In this document: piece by piece, positions 1 to 12,546 of the stretch
Layout of the letters: each line of letters starts with the position of its first letter
Position numbering within the stretch: position 1 is the stretch's first letter
Source: Spizellomyces punctatus DAOM BR117
Taxonomy: Eukaryota
Direction: 5' to 3' (one strand)
Length of the DNA stretch: 64,000 bases
Assembly: GCA_000182565.2 (NCBI GenBank)
Contig: KQ257471.1
Position numbers and translations under genes: made by a program
The notes under the pieces: model-generated
What the model saw: the letters and a program-made list of their open reading frames with translations, nothing else
Database searches by the model: none
What the model was told of the DNA's origin: nothing

Positions 1-169
1 TATTTTTTATAACTGGCTCCGAAACCTTTATATAATCTAACTGGGATTTGGTGACAACATGCCCCCCTTTCAATTGTGCAGTTTCTTCACAGAGCTTGCG
101 TGATTTCGAGTAGTTTCAACATCTAGGAATAAATATTCCGTGCAAAAAGAAACAGTGAATTAAAACTAC

Positions 170-253
170 TCCGGCCTCCCAGAGTCGAACTGGGGACCCT
201 TAGATCGCTGATATCTTACAGTCTAATGCTACTGCCAACTGAGCTAAGGCCGG
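170..253 (-). tRNA. tRNA-Tyr(GTA) with 10-nt intron
   Basis: Reverse complement reads CCGGCCTTAGCTCAGTTGGCAGTAGCATTAGACTGTAA[GATATCAGCG]ATCTAAGGGTCCCCAGTTCGACTCTGGGAGGCCGGA. C1-G72 pair typical of eukaryotic Tyr, anticodon GTA, intron after position 37. Confidence 0.95.
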
Positions 254-2230
254 GTGCGATCCGAGCCTTGGCAGATGTTCAAACTTGCTGAAAGAATCCA
301 AAAAATCCCGCCTGATGACTGAGGTTGACATGCTATTACGTTGATGTCCACCCATTAATTCGGTCAAATGGCATAAGTCATTTCATTGTCCAGCAAGTTG
401 AGCGCTTTTGACGGATCGTGACCCTCCGGTGTGATTTCATTTGTGGACACGACTGCATGTGCAATGTTTTAGTGTGCAGGCTAAGCTTGGCTGTGTAAAA
501 TCAACGCTGCCAAGCTCCTCATGTTTGCAGTGTTCATTGCGCATATCTTGATTCGGTGCAACACTTACCCGGATCTTGAAACCAACTTGTGATGGGAACG
601 GCGATGACTGATCGTCCTCTTTGAGTGGATTCCTTTAATCGCCGCAATCCGTGCTCGTCTACTTTCCAACCATGGAATTGGCGCACAACAAAGGACGTAA
701 TGTGCAATATCAAGTCAAAAACACACGTACTCCTCCCCTTTTCGAAATATTAAACAGCAAAGAAAGTTGAGCAAAAAAGAGATTTGGAACTTTTAATTTC
801 CAGTGTCTATTTTTGTTCCACAGGCCTGGTCGCAGTGTTCAAATTTCCTGCGCCTCCAGGTGTCTGGCTTGGCTTCACTGGTTTTGAATTCTTTCTCTCT
901 CTCTCGTGAATAGAGATGGCCGAGTTTTACAATTTCTCCGCTGCCTTGTTTGCCACACCCCCACCATCATCATAACAATCTCTATTCCCATCATACCACA
1001 CACATTTCAGCTTGACGTTTTTTGTTTCTAGGCAGCGAGGCCTCTTGTATACTTTTCCAAGGAAACGAGTGCGCACATGCATACGCAAACTGGTTTTTTT
1101 CCCTCCGTTCAATCACCACCTTTCCCTCGTGCTAAATTGGTTCGCATTGCCCATATGTGGTAAAGCGACGAAATTTGAGGCACCAAGAAAACAAATCAAA
1201 ATGGATACACTGGACCCTTTGCAATATGATAACACGAATAGCGTGGTTCTGCACGTTTATGGATAAATGAAATGATAGAAAGGGCATCGCAAGAAACCCT
1301 TTAATTAGCGAAAGGAAAAAAAACAATTTTCAGATGAACCGACAAACTGGTACTGGGCAACGCTACATCGGAGTCCCTTATCCCGTTTTAGGAGCTGCTA
1401 GGACATTGCGTATTATTCCTATTTGGCCTCCAAATCTAAACTTGTCAATTTGCCGTGGGCTGTACGTGTGTCTTTTCCTTTTGCCCACACAAACTGCATC
1501 CGGCTGGCGCGAACCAAGATCCACTCGTCCCGCCCAACATTGGGGGGGCTTAACAATGTTCAATTTGCACGACGGGCAAATCGACAAGAAAGGTAGAGCA
1601 GCGGTTGGTTGGGATAAGGGACCAAGCAGCTCGGAAGACATCGTTCTTTTCCTCGATCGCTTCTTGATCAGTTTTATTTTTTTTTTGGCGCGCGAGAATG
1701 AATGTGCGAATAGACCTGTCTTGCGTACGGCTCTTCACACCCACACAGAACGGTAATAATCATCACGCGGCGCGCGTGTGTGTGTTGCATGCGTTCGCTT
1801 TTTGAAGGTTCGCCTAAATGACATATGCATGAACCACACACGCTTTTTGCCTCCTCCCCCCTTTGCTCTTCCCTCGATTTTTTCCCACGCGTTTGATTTA
1901 TATCTAAGGTCATTCTCAATTTAATTCCCCCCTTCACTCCTCTCCCCTCCCATTCGAACACTCTCCTTTTTATACCTCCCTCCTCCTCCTCTTCCCCCCC
2001 GGCATCTTAACAGCCTCGCCCTACTAGTAGTAAGCAAGATCCTATACAGAAATTCATTGAAAGCTTCTTTCATCTTGGGGTAGCTTCTTTTCTTGTTACC
2101 TCCTATTCCATCGTCGTCCTTTTTCGACGCTAGTTTCCCCCTTCTCTCTTAGCCTATTCTGTGGCTGTCATCCCGATCGTTGTCGTCTCACGTCATCTGT
2201 CAAGTCTTGTTGACACTACCCAAACAAAGC

Positions 2231-3530
2231 ATGACGACGTTGCTCGACTGGAATCCTACACCGCTCTCGTCGTCTCATTTCGCAGACTTTGCAAGTGTCG
2301 GCCACGAACAGTCTGGTTTCAATTCGGGCTTCGATCTCGCTTACCAACCAAAGGATCATTTGGCATCAAACAGCAACAGCCACGGTGCGAGCGGCAACCC
2401 TCACTCAGCTAATCATAGCACCGTGTCTCCCGCCCGAAATCAAAGACCTCTCTCCCCTGCCACACCTATCACGGTTCCTCCTAGCCCGGTCCACACTGAA
2501 TATTCGTCTGCTTCTCCGCCTATTAAAAGCGAGTGGGCTCCGGCTCCCACTCCCATCATGAAGGACGATTGGGTGTCAAATGTTGTCAGTCGCCCAAACA
2601 AGTCAGAATGGCCCGTTACAGAACCTACCCAACAATCTCAACACGCGCAATCACACAATGAATCTAGCACCTCCACGCCTTCCTCCTCCGCTGCCTTTGT
2701 TCCCCGGATGATGGCTTCGGCTCATCACCATCACCATCCACATCACCACAATTCTCACCCTGACCGCGTTGCCACGACCTCTGAGCACTACCCTCACCCG
2801 GCTGCATCTATCTCTGGAAATGGCACCATTCCCCCGTCTCACCTTCACCTACACCAACCTCGACACCAACCCCATTATCACGCTGTTCCCCCGTACCACA
2901 TTTGGCGAGGCCTTCCTGCCGGGCCAAGGGGCTCCTTTGGTCGACCACTCAACGTCGTGTCTCATATGATGGACCCCACCGTTGGCATGCAAATGACCAC
3001 CACAAGCGAACAGTTCCCACACCACCCTGCCCACATGATGCGCCCTCCTGCACCGCTCTTGATCCCTCCTCACGCGACGTACTCTCACCCTAGCTACGGA
3101 GCCGGCCTCCCAACCCCTCCGCCTGATCATCCCTTGCATCCGTATGCACGAGGAAGGAGGATGAAGTCTTGGCACGGAAACAATTCCGCTTCATCAGCTG
3201 GAAAAATCTTTACTTGCACACACGAAGGATGGTAAGTACAGACAGACATGCACATTTTGTCTGTATTGACAGTGTCTAATCCGTATTTTCACATTCATCA
3301 GTGGCAAATCTTTCAAACGCGCGGAACACCTCAACCGACACAGCCGAATGCACACTGGTGAACGACCTTTTCCTTGTGATGAAGTTGGTTGCGACCGTCG
3401 CTTTTCTCGCTCTGACAATCTCGCGGCGCACAAGCGCACTCACCTCAAGCACAAAGCCAAAGCCGCGGCACAGCAAGCTCAAGGGCATACCCATATGGGC
3501 AAAATGGTCTCGGATATGGGAAGATTTTAA
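2231..3530 (+). CDS. C2H2 zinc-finger transcription factor, two C-terminal fingers (BrlA/Msn2-like finger type)
   Basis: Exons 2231-3231 and 3302-3530 (GTAAGT...CAG intron) give [53 protein letters not shown]; Pro/His/Ser-rich N-terminus. Confidence 0.9.
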
Positions 3531-3877
3531 TAGTTGTCTCATAATCAATTAGCTGTATTGTTTCGTCCCTTTGTATTTTCTTGTTGTACCATATTGTGTT
3601 TGGACTTTGGTTGAGGTTAGATACCCGGGACGTTGATGGACTTTGTATTCTTAGTTACTTGTTTCATTGTTTTATGTTTTTGATAATTTTGCCTGTGATT
3701 TTTTGTGAATTGTATGTACGAATCGTGTACAGTGTTTGAATGAAGAGATATATTTTGTAGTTCAACTCCGCTATGCAGTCTTGTTGTTTTTAGATAGGAA
3801 AACTTGTGTGTGTGCACTGTCCTTGTTCGGTGGTATATCCAAAGGATATCTTATAACTAGATTGGCTGGAGTATGAA

Positions 3878-3961
3878 CCGGCCTTAGCTCAGTTGGCAGT
3901 AGCATTAGACTGTAATGAACCAGCAATCTAAGGGTCCCCAGTTCGACTCTGGGAGGCCGGA
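3878..3961 (+). tRNA. tRNA-Tyr(GTA) with 10-nt intron
   Basis: Exons identical to the copy at 170-253; intron TGAACCAGCA; T-run terminator near 3978. Confidence 0.95.
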
Positions 3962-4324
3962 TCAGCACGCTCGATAGTTTTTTAAGTGTTTCTGTTTTGA
4001 TCCTAACAAAAACCTAGTCCCCCGAATACAATGTGGCAATGTCAATCTAGACGCTTACCTGCAATCCCTTCAGGCTCCGTGGGACAGTGGATCCCAGCAT
4101 CCTTTTTTTTTCTAACCCTGGAGTTCAGGTCAAATTGCCGATCTAATTTGTGGTGGTGGCTTTCACTTGTGGCAGCTTTTCCACTCATTTTCGTGTGGCA
4201 ATGGTGGCCAAACGTACAGGTATTTGTTCACCCAATCGTCGTAAACATGGTGGGAAATCAAGCGTTACCACACGTGAGAGGTCGCAAAGGGAGGGTTTGT
4301 CGAGTGTATTGGCTGCGGGGTGTG

Positions 4325-4362
4325 CATCGGTGAGACATCGGTGAGACATCGGTGAGACATCG
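4325..4362. repeat. 11-bp tandem repeat (CATCGGTGAGA) x3 plus partial
   Basis: Directly visible between the two plus-strand tRNA-Tyr genes. Confidence 0.9.
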
Positions 4363-4446
4363 CTGGAGGGCCCATGGGCCCTCTTGGAACGACGTTCACG
4401 AATGTGGCTATAGCTTATTAGTATTGCAGTCAACACCTGGGAGACA

Positions 4447-4530
4447 CCGGCCTTAGCTCAGTTGGCAGTAGCATTAGACTGTAATGAACTAGCAATCTAA
4501 GGGTCCCCAGTTCGACTCTGGGAGGCCGGA
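4447..4530 (+). tRNA. tRNA-Tyr(GTA) with 10-nt intron
   Basis: Same exons; intron TGAACTAGCA; T-run near 4550. Confidence 0.95.
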
Positions 4531-5650
4531 TCAGTGTATGTGAGAATCCTTTTTTTTATCTTTTTCCGCGTTCGTTGATGACATGAATATATCGTTCAGA
4601 TTCAAGTGCGTGGCAAACAGGTGTGATTTCGTCTTGGATGTTCGCTTTGCATAGGGAATCAGCCTATGGAGGGGTATAGAATCCATTTAGCGTGCTTCAA
4701 CCTTTATTTGAAGCAAATGCCGTCGAAAGCAGCGTCATGATTTTATATATGCTTCAAACACCGGTTGTGCGGCATAGTGCAATTCTAACTCCATTCATGT
4801 GCTTTCTCAAAAATCCGATGCATTCACCGATAAAACCGCATCGGTCCTGCTCGGGAAGTCTTTTTTCAAGCCTTGGCGGATATCGAGTTCAATCTCTTTC
4901 GGGTCTGTTGTGAAAAAGGATAGTGAAGAAGCCATCGCCGTAAGATGCCACGATTACACCCCACTCGCCCGCTAGTAAACCTTCACTGCTGGTTCGGCGT
5001 CACAGTTTGGAATTGTATATGTACGTAGTGAACTGTCCAGGTACTTGCATTAATGAAGGTCAAGTATAGTTCCTCTACCGTCGTCAGTGAGAGTTAGTGT
5101 TGCATATCTGATTGACTCGCAATTGCGTGTTGCCTGACATAGTTGAGAGCATGCCGTTGTAAAGTGTCGAATAAGAGTATCCGAACGTTACAACTGACTC
5201 TTGCCAGGACTGATTTGTACTGATTGATTATCTGATAATACGTAGAGGGGGAAACCAATGTGTGTCAGGGAATTCTGGCCTGTCCTTTTAATTACCAATA
5301 TGAACCATGAGATGATATGTGAGCAGTTGAGAATGGCTCGGAGATGTTAGTGCGGCACATGTCAGTTACATAAATGGGAGGGTCGATCCTTTGCTTAAAC
5401 TGACACTTTGCATAATCAACGATTGCATTGATTTAGTATTCAACTGGTCCAGAGTAACCTGTTTTTTTCCTCGCGCACGTCAGCCGTGAAAAATGAGGGC
5501 TAAACAAAACAAGACTATATTAAGGTTAAACATTAGCGTATACCCTTAATGTTAACATTTTACGATCAGTGCATGTAGAAGGACGAGTGCTTTCGGAGGG
5601 GGAACATTTTACCCTTTCAATTGGCGAAAAAAACAGCAAAAAACATACTC

Positions 5651-6647
5651 ATGTCGATTCTCCCGTCTCCTTACGATGAAATCCGCGTCACTTTGGCCGC
5701 TATCGCCCTTGTCATCCAAGTATGCAACCTTGGCTACTCGTCCCAAAGACTTGTACGGCGAGTCACATCCTTTACGTTAGGCTTGTTCTCGCAACAGATG
5801 TTTATGTTAGGGTTCACGATTGTCAACATGATTGCGAGTCGGACGTTGTTAGCGGACGGAGAAGCGCATGACAAGTTGAATATTTCTGGGAATGTTTGTT
5901 ACAATTTCGCTTGCTTGGTACATGTGCTTTTATTGGTGAAGAGATTCGGGTTGTGTGGGACGAGGTGGGATAAACCAGTTTGGAATCGGGTCATGTTTCT
6001 GGTGAGCTCCGTGCATCTCTTTTATCCGTTATTATCGTATTTATGGTTTTTGGTCGTTTTCGTAGGGAACGATCGTCATTTTTATTGCTACTGCTGGAAC
6101 CGGGATGGGGTTTGCCTTTTACCGACTTCACCGTATCCTGCAGAGCTACCTACCCGGAATGGAGACTTTATACCGCCGTGTCAACACCCTCCTTTACGCG
6201 GGATTTACTTTATATCTCCTCGTAATGGATACTATACTCTCCAGCATCATGTATATCCGCCTTCAAAAGCTTCGTATCGAACCCTCACCATCACACCACG
6301 TAAAATCCAGCAACCTCCACGTCCGAACGGTTTATACAATGATCGTCATGGTTATCATGTCATGGATCGGCATGACACTCGTCGTCGTATCCAGTCTCCA
6401 TCCGAGTCTCGACGAAAAACCACTTGGTCTCGTGATGAATCAGTTGGCTTATGTCTTTGCAAGCTTTCATATGACGTTTGCTTGTTTGTATTTGGTTAGC
6501 ATTGAGCAGGTTTTGAAGGGGTATGGATTACCTGCATTGCCGGATGCGAATCCGTCGGGAATGCCGATGGATGGGAAATCAGGTACGACCGCCACACGGC
6601 TGGTTGCGGTGAAAGATACCCGAATTGGTACTGCGAGCTATGTTTAA
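5651..6647 (+). CDS. multi-pass (about 7TM) membrane protein, GPCR-like topology, unknown family
   Basis: Intron 6002-6065 (GTGAGC...CGTAG) joins ORF 5621-6499 to ORF 6105-6647 in frame; about 310 aa with roughly seven hydrophobic segments and a polar C-tail. Confidence 0.7.
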
Positions 6648-6990
6648 AATAAGGATGATGATGGGGTAGTATGTAATTATTTTCTGAGGCATATATACGG
6701 ATTTATTGTGTGTCTGTCTTTCTCTGCTTTTGACCAGGGCTGTATGACCCTGATAGAGGAGGGGACTGCGACTGCCGACACTGAGGGGTCCCGAGGCCGT
6801 ATGTCTCTCTATCAGAATCAATGCAATTACTAAATTAAATGAAAACAACAATAAGCCGCCGTTCTTTTCGAGTTCGACGCCAGACGATCTTTCAAATAGG
6901 ACGCTAAGTGTCATCAAGATGTGGGTTGTGTCAAGGACAAACACAGGGTGCCAAGAAATATCAATCCCAATTTTGCTAGACATTTCAACA

Positions 6991-7063
6991 GCTTCCTTAG
7001 CTCAGTTGGGAGAGCGTTAGACTGAAGATCTAAAGGTCTCGTGTTCAATCCACGAAGGGAGCA
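6991..7063 (+). tRNA. tRNA-Phe(GAA), intronless
   Basis: GCTTCCTTAGCTCAGTTGGGAGAGCGTTAGACTGAAGATCTAAAGGTCTCGTGTTCAATCCACGAAGGGAGCA, 73-nt cloverleaf. Confidence 0.97.
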
Positions 7064-8152
7064 ATTAAATTTCGCAAGGTTCATTTTTTCCTTTTCCTGA
7101 ACAGATGACATTTGTTTTGATGTTTTCTTACGCGCCATTAGTGAAATACTTTTATTTCCTGACGAACGAGAATGGAGTGTACGAAATGACACAAAGCGCC
7201 TTTCAACACTTTTTGTTTCTTTGCGGCGTGATAGCTAAAACTAAAACTCTTGCCTAGCGGATATCGTCGTAGCAATGACTCGTTGGCCTGTTCCTCCCGA
7301 CGATACCTCCAACGCAATTATACAAAGTTACGGTCAATGGCTTCTGCATAAGGAGACATCTGACGATATATTCGGGTGGATTTCGCAAACGAACCCTCCA
7401 ATCTCAAGTCACTATACGACAATCGAATAGGAGCCATCCGTAAACCTTATTCACAACGTTTAGAAAAGAAGGTGTGTGCATGGTGGGTACATCGCCGCTG
7501 GAAGGTATACATTCATGGTTGGGTATTGAATGTAACTTTAATTTGCGTACATTACTTGTATGGTTTCGTACGACGATGATATTTCATATGTGGGTATTGA
7601 AGCGTGTTGGTTTGGGTAGATTGAGTATGGATATGACACGATTCTTGTAAAAGAAGATGATATGTCGATTGTGAATGGTTTTTGTTGTCGCATGGTGTTT
7701 TTTTGCATGTAGAGTTAGTTCGTGGTATACTCACTTGATTTTTCGAACGGTGCATAGCACTAGTATAGCAAGTGTTAGAAACATTTGTTTCTGTGGTTTT
7801 CGAACGTTATGGTGGAGTGGATGATTAGTCAATTTGTTAAGGCTGGTTAAAATGAGATTAAATATAGGGAGCCAAGGATATTTTGGCCGGTGATCGAATT
7901 TTTTTTTTTTTTTTGGATTTGTCGGTGGGTTCCGGTCATGAATATAACGAATTATGTGCCCTAACTTTTTTGTGTTCCTCCAAACGGCCAGATATGGGGA
8001 GAGTATTGCGCAAAGGAAAAGGGGAAATTTCAAAAAACGCAAGAGCACATTCGAAAGAACGCAAACTCGACATTCCACATCATTCGCAAAATACCACAAA
8101 AACAACTCTGACCAGATAGCACGATTTTATCATTTCAAAACAAAAAACAAAA

Positions 8153-10411
8153 CTAGACATTCCCAGTTGCCGACTCTGTGCCAGAAACAGTTTGCCTAAC
8201 ATGTACACGACTCAACGATGGGTTAGGAGCTTGATTCGCACTGGTACTTTGACCCCCTTTGGTCAAATTCTTATTATTTTGAATGGCGTGAGCGAATTTG
8301 GTTAACATTTTGTTGAATGTATCTTGCATATCGCTGATTTCGGAGAATAGGGAGCGTTCGTTCATGTATCCGTTTTGGAGGGCTGTGAAATCGAATAGGG
8401 TTGCCTAAACCAAAATCAAAAACAGACAAGTCATGAAAAATCCTCATGTGCGAATCCCCACACAAAGGGAAAGGTTGAAAAAAAAGAAACAACGTACCGC
8501 TTGCATGGTGTTTTGAAGTTTACGAATAGGTGCCGTAATGCAATAACTAGCACCCACCACCATAGCAAGAAAAACAACAGCAACGACTCCGCATACAATG
8601 GCGATATTGGTTTTTGTACCGGTAATGTCACCCCAAAAGTCATCACGGGGGATACTGAGGACTAAAAGCCAACGTAAACCACCTCCGTCCCTATTTTTTT
8701 TTTTTAATGTTTTGGTATTTTTTGCAAAAAGGGTAGAAAAAAATGAGAAAAGTGAACGAAATAGAGTATTGCCAATAACGCACCCTCTTGTTCGGTCGTA
8801 TACTATCCAACGGGTATTCACGAGGATGATTGTGTTATCGGTTGCTTTGAGGGTGATGGCGAGGTCATCTGGTGCGTTTGCGACTGATCCGTAGGTATTG
8901 ATAATATACCGAGCCGTCATCTATCCAAAAAAAAAATAAAACAATAATATATAAACAATTAATAACTGTTTCTTGTCCATTTTTTTTTTATGAATAATAC
9001 TTACCGCAATAACAGATTGAGGAGACTGATCAGCACTAAACGTCGCCGACTGTTTTCAATCTGCGATACACCGGGCACACTTGCTGCGATCATACTCCCC
9101 GTGCTTTCCCATAATGAGACAACACCGTTCGTGCTGACATTGACAGAGGCTAGGATGGACTCGATGGATCGTGTGGAGAGCATGATAAAGTGGGTTGCGT
9201 AGTAGGGTTCGTTGGGAGTAATGGTGCCAAAGGGTTGTTGGTACCAGACTGGCCTAAGGGGTTCGGTTAGGGTTACGAAAAACGTAAAAGGGATTGGATA
9301 AGAGAGAGTTTTTAAAAAACGTACCAGAATAATGGGAAAAGAAAGGTTTTTTGGACGGGTGTGAATATTTTGGAAACCCAAAAGGCGGACCCGTTTGCGG
9401 ATGCGAGTTGAGGCCATTTTAGCTTTTGGAGACCATATAGGTAAGCTTTTTCTTTTTCCGGCAACTTTTGTCACAAACACTCTTTTGCAAAGAAAAAACT
9501 TACATTGGGAAACCAGTCACGTCTAATGAGAGCTTTTTCGCTGCCAAGATTCAAAGTATAGTTGTTATAGACGCCTAGGATATCGACGGACCACAGTTCC
9601 TTTAGGTTCGTTGTGGTATTGTAGGTATTTTTATCTTGCCAGTATACTTTCATGGGTCCTGGGTAGGCTAGTCGTATAGTATGTACAGCGTCAACGCAAG
9701 GATAGCCAATTTAGCAACGCAAATTAAGGAAAACGTTGTTTTTGCGAGAAGCTGGGTTATCTTACTTGCAATATAATCCGAGTTATTCAAAAAGAATCCG
9801 GTACTAACAAAACAAAATAACATAAAAGAGGTTAAACACAAGATCTCTATAACGAAAAAAAAACACTTTTTACGTTCGCGAATAACCTTACTTTGCCAAA
9901 AAAGAGTTCTGCAGGGTCATTTGATACAAATGCGCAACAACTTGAGGCTGCTCAAGAAGCAAATCCTGAGACATTGCAGCAGTCATATTCGGGTTTTGTA
10001 TAAATGCATTCAAGTATGGGTTACGTCCATTGGCTTCAAGAACATGTTGGCAATTTGAGAGCATGGTAGTCACTAGATACATAAGAATCGGATTTAATTT
10101 ATCGTTTGTTTGGATGTAACAAAACAAGTTTCTTGTCTTACCTCGTCCATAAACGCTTTGAATAGTCTCTGTTCGAAGAGATGTGGTGATGGTGTCAACG
10201 GTAGCGTTTGAGGTAAAGAATGAGAGAACACCAATAATGGTTGAGAATGTTCCGCCGATAATAATGGTTGATGCTTTTTTTCCAAATCGGAAATGTCCTT
10301 TCATTTAGAAAGTAGGTATCATACTACCCCACATATGCGAGACGCACCGAGAAGGAGTGCCCAAATAGGGACAACCAGATGTCGCTTGATGTTGGGTTTT
10401 TTGTCAGACAT
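8153..10411 (-). CDS. membrane sensor-like protein: N-terminal TM, extracellular (Cache-like) region, second TM, HAMP-like linker, no output domain
   Basis: Multi-exon. N-terminal TM (LVVPIWALLLASTIIIGGTFSTIIGVLSFF), then ...LRWLLVLSIPRDDFWGDI, TM IAIVCGVVAVVFLAMVVGASYCI, HAMP-like TAPIRKLQNTMQA...SLFSEISDMQDTFNKMLTKF, stop at 8153. Internal exon boundaries only partly resolved. Confidence 0.7.
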
Positions 10412-12546
10412 TTTTTTTTTTTTGTTCGTTGTGGTGAAAGCTGGAGCCAAACTGGATACCAAGAATAAATGGGTGAAAAGATGACTAAAAAAAATAGGCA
10501 TCTTGTTACCTACCAGCGGTGTTTTATCTCAAAAAACCTTTTACGAAAAAGCAAACCGTCATAAATCCCACGGTTCCTCGATAAAGGGACAAGAGTATTT
10601 AAGAAAACATACTTTTTGCTGATGGCACTAGGGAACATTCCCATATCGACAAAACTATCCCATCAAAACCCTCATGATTTGAATCATTTGCTTAACGGTT
10701 CTGATAATGGAACTGTCACACGATTATTATTAGTATTATGGGTAGTTATTTACCATGGTTCTTGGGCGAGAGCAGCCGAGTCGTTATGGCGTATTTTTGG
10801 GATATCAGATTACGGGTAATGTCTAATTGGACAATAGCAAGTTTGTCCGCGCCTTGGGACGGAGGTCTCCGAAACTTTGGAGGCGTGTTTGTTTTTGGGA
10901 TATTGGTAAATGGCGGATCTATGTCTATTGGAACAATAACAAGTTTTTTTAAAAGCATGTCACGGACTTTATGTGGGAACAGGGTAGGGCAATTGCGCAG
11001 GATCGAGGTATTGGATAGTTGGGTTATTTTATTTTTGGAAATCTGAATCTTGTCGCGACAGTTTTATGGTTGGAAGAAAATGGTCGCTTGAGAATGGCAA
11101 CGACCAAGTACTATATCGCCCGACGAAAACAGACAAATGCCAGCATATGCGGCATGTTTTTTTGTAATGTGATGGGTACCAAGGGTCGTTGCAGCAAACA
11201 TTGATTCCCTGGATTTCGCAACAATATAATTCAAAACAAGGAGGACCCGCGGGCGGGCGGGGGGAAAACTCGTAAACTATTAAAAGGATCAAAAAGCAAT
11301 TGCTTGGCCCATTAGGGTCCGGCACGGCAGGAAGCATTCCTTGCTTTCACAATATGTAACTAGAAAAATGTCTTTTTTATGCATGAGGAATTCATTCCTA
11401 ATCGATGAATAACATCGGAAGTAAGCCCCTATGGAAACAATACGGTACATTTAAGCAACAGACTTGCAAACCTGTATTGACGATTAGGTATTACATTCAT
11501 TCAATATGATATGCAAAAAAGCGAGTATTGAGTAATTAACCGGTTGTTTGTATTTGGTTTAACCCGGCTTTTGGACTTACTCAGATATTTCTATGGCACA
11601 TAACAGAATATGGTTTTACTGTTTGGGAACAATGCTTACCCATTTGATACACATACAAGTGTTTTTTTGTACGATTTAGATATTTTTTTTACATTTTGTT
11701 CATTTCAATATCCTAACAAACAACGAACCGTGGTTCTTACGTTTGGTACATGTCTGTAAACCACGGTTTCTCTCTTGGTGTATTTTTGTCGTACAAGGGT
11801 TATTCCCTGCAATATAGCATGATTGATATCTTAACTATTGCAAAAAAAAGTATACAAGCGGATTCTCTTGAATTCCTGATCTCATCTTGACCCGCTTAGA
11901 ATTCCTTTTTCTTTTTTTCATCAGGTGATTTTCACTTGTGAGCTTTGCCATCGTGGACTACTGCATGCATCATCGTTACAGGTTGTAAATCTTCATTTAT
12001 TTTTTTTTTTTTTTAAATTATTGGATTTAAAACTTTTTCGATATGTTCTGAGTTGACCGGGGTATAACACACAGTATAAGATCAAGAAATATTCGATGCT
12101 TTTTTTTTATCTCAGCTGGTTGGTAAAGTGTGGGTGCTATATGAAAATACTTGTACGTAATATGAGGGATAGAGTGTACTTGTCATTTAGGTTTCGTCAA
12201 TGTAATGGTGGCATTCAAGTGGAGGTATTGTGCAATGGTGTAGTGATTGAATTAGATCCATTTGCCGATGGTACGTTTGTGTAGGATCTTTTCGAAATTG
12301 TTATGTAGAGAGAAGCTAGATGGGGAATCCTTCGTCACGACCCATAAATCAACCAAAAATCACAATGAGAGAGATACTGGTTTTTGTATATATTTTTTGT
12401 TCTTCTCTAAATAGCAAATTCAACCCGCTAATCCACAACCAATCCATTAAAAAAAAAACCACAATGCTATACAACTAGCAAATGTACAAAACGAAAAAAA
12501 ATACAAAACCAAAGCAGGTAAACAACAAACAGTTCAACATCTTTTT

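Noticed and set aside
3771-3968. Small ORFs overlapping tRNA genes (also 6914-7192, 33937-34227, 34342-34545)
   Set aside because: Antisense translations of tRNA sequence.
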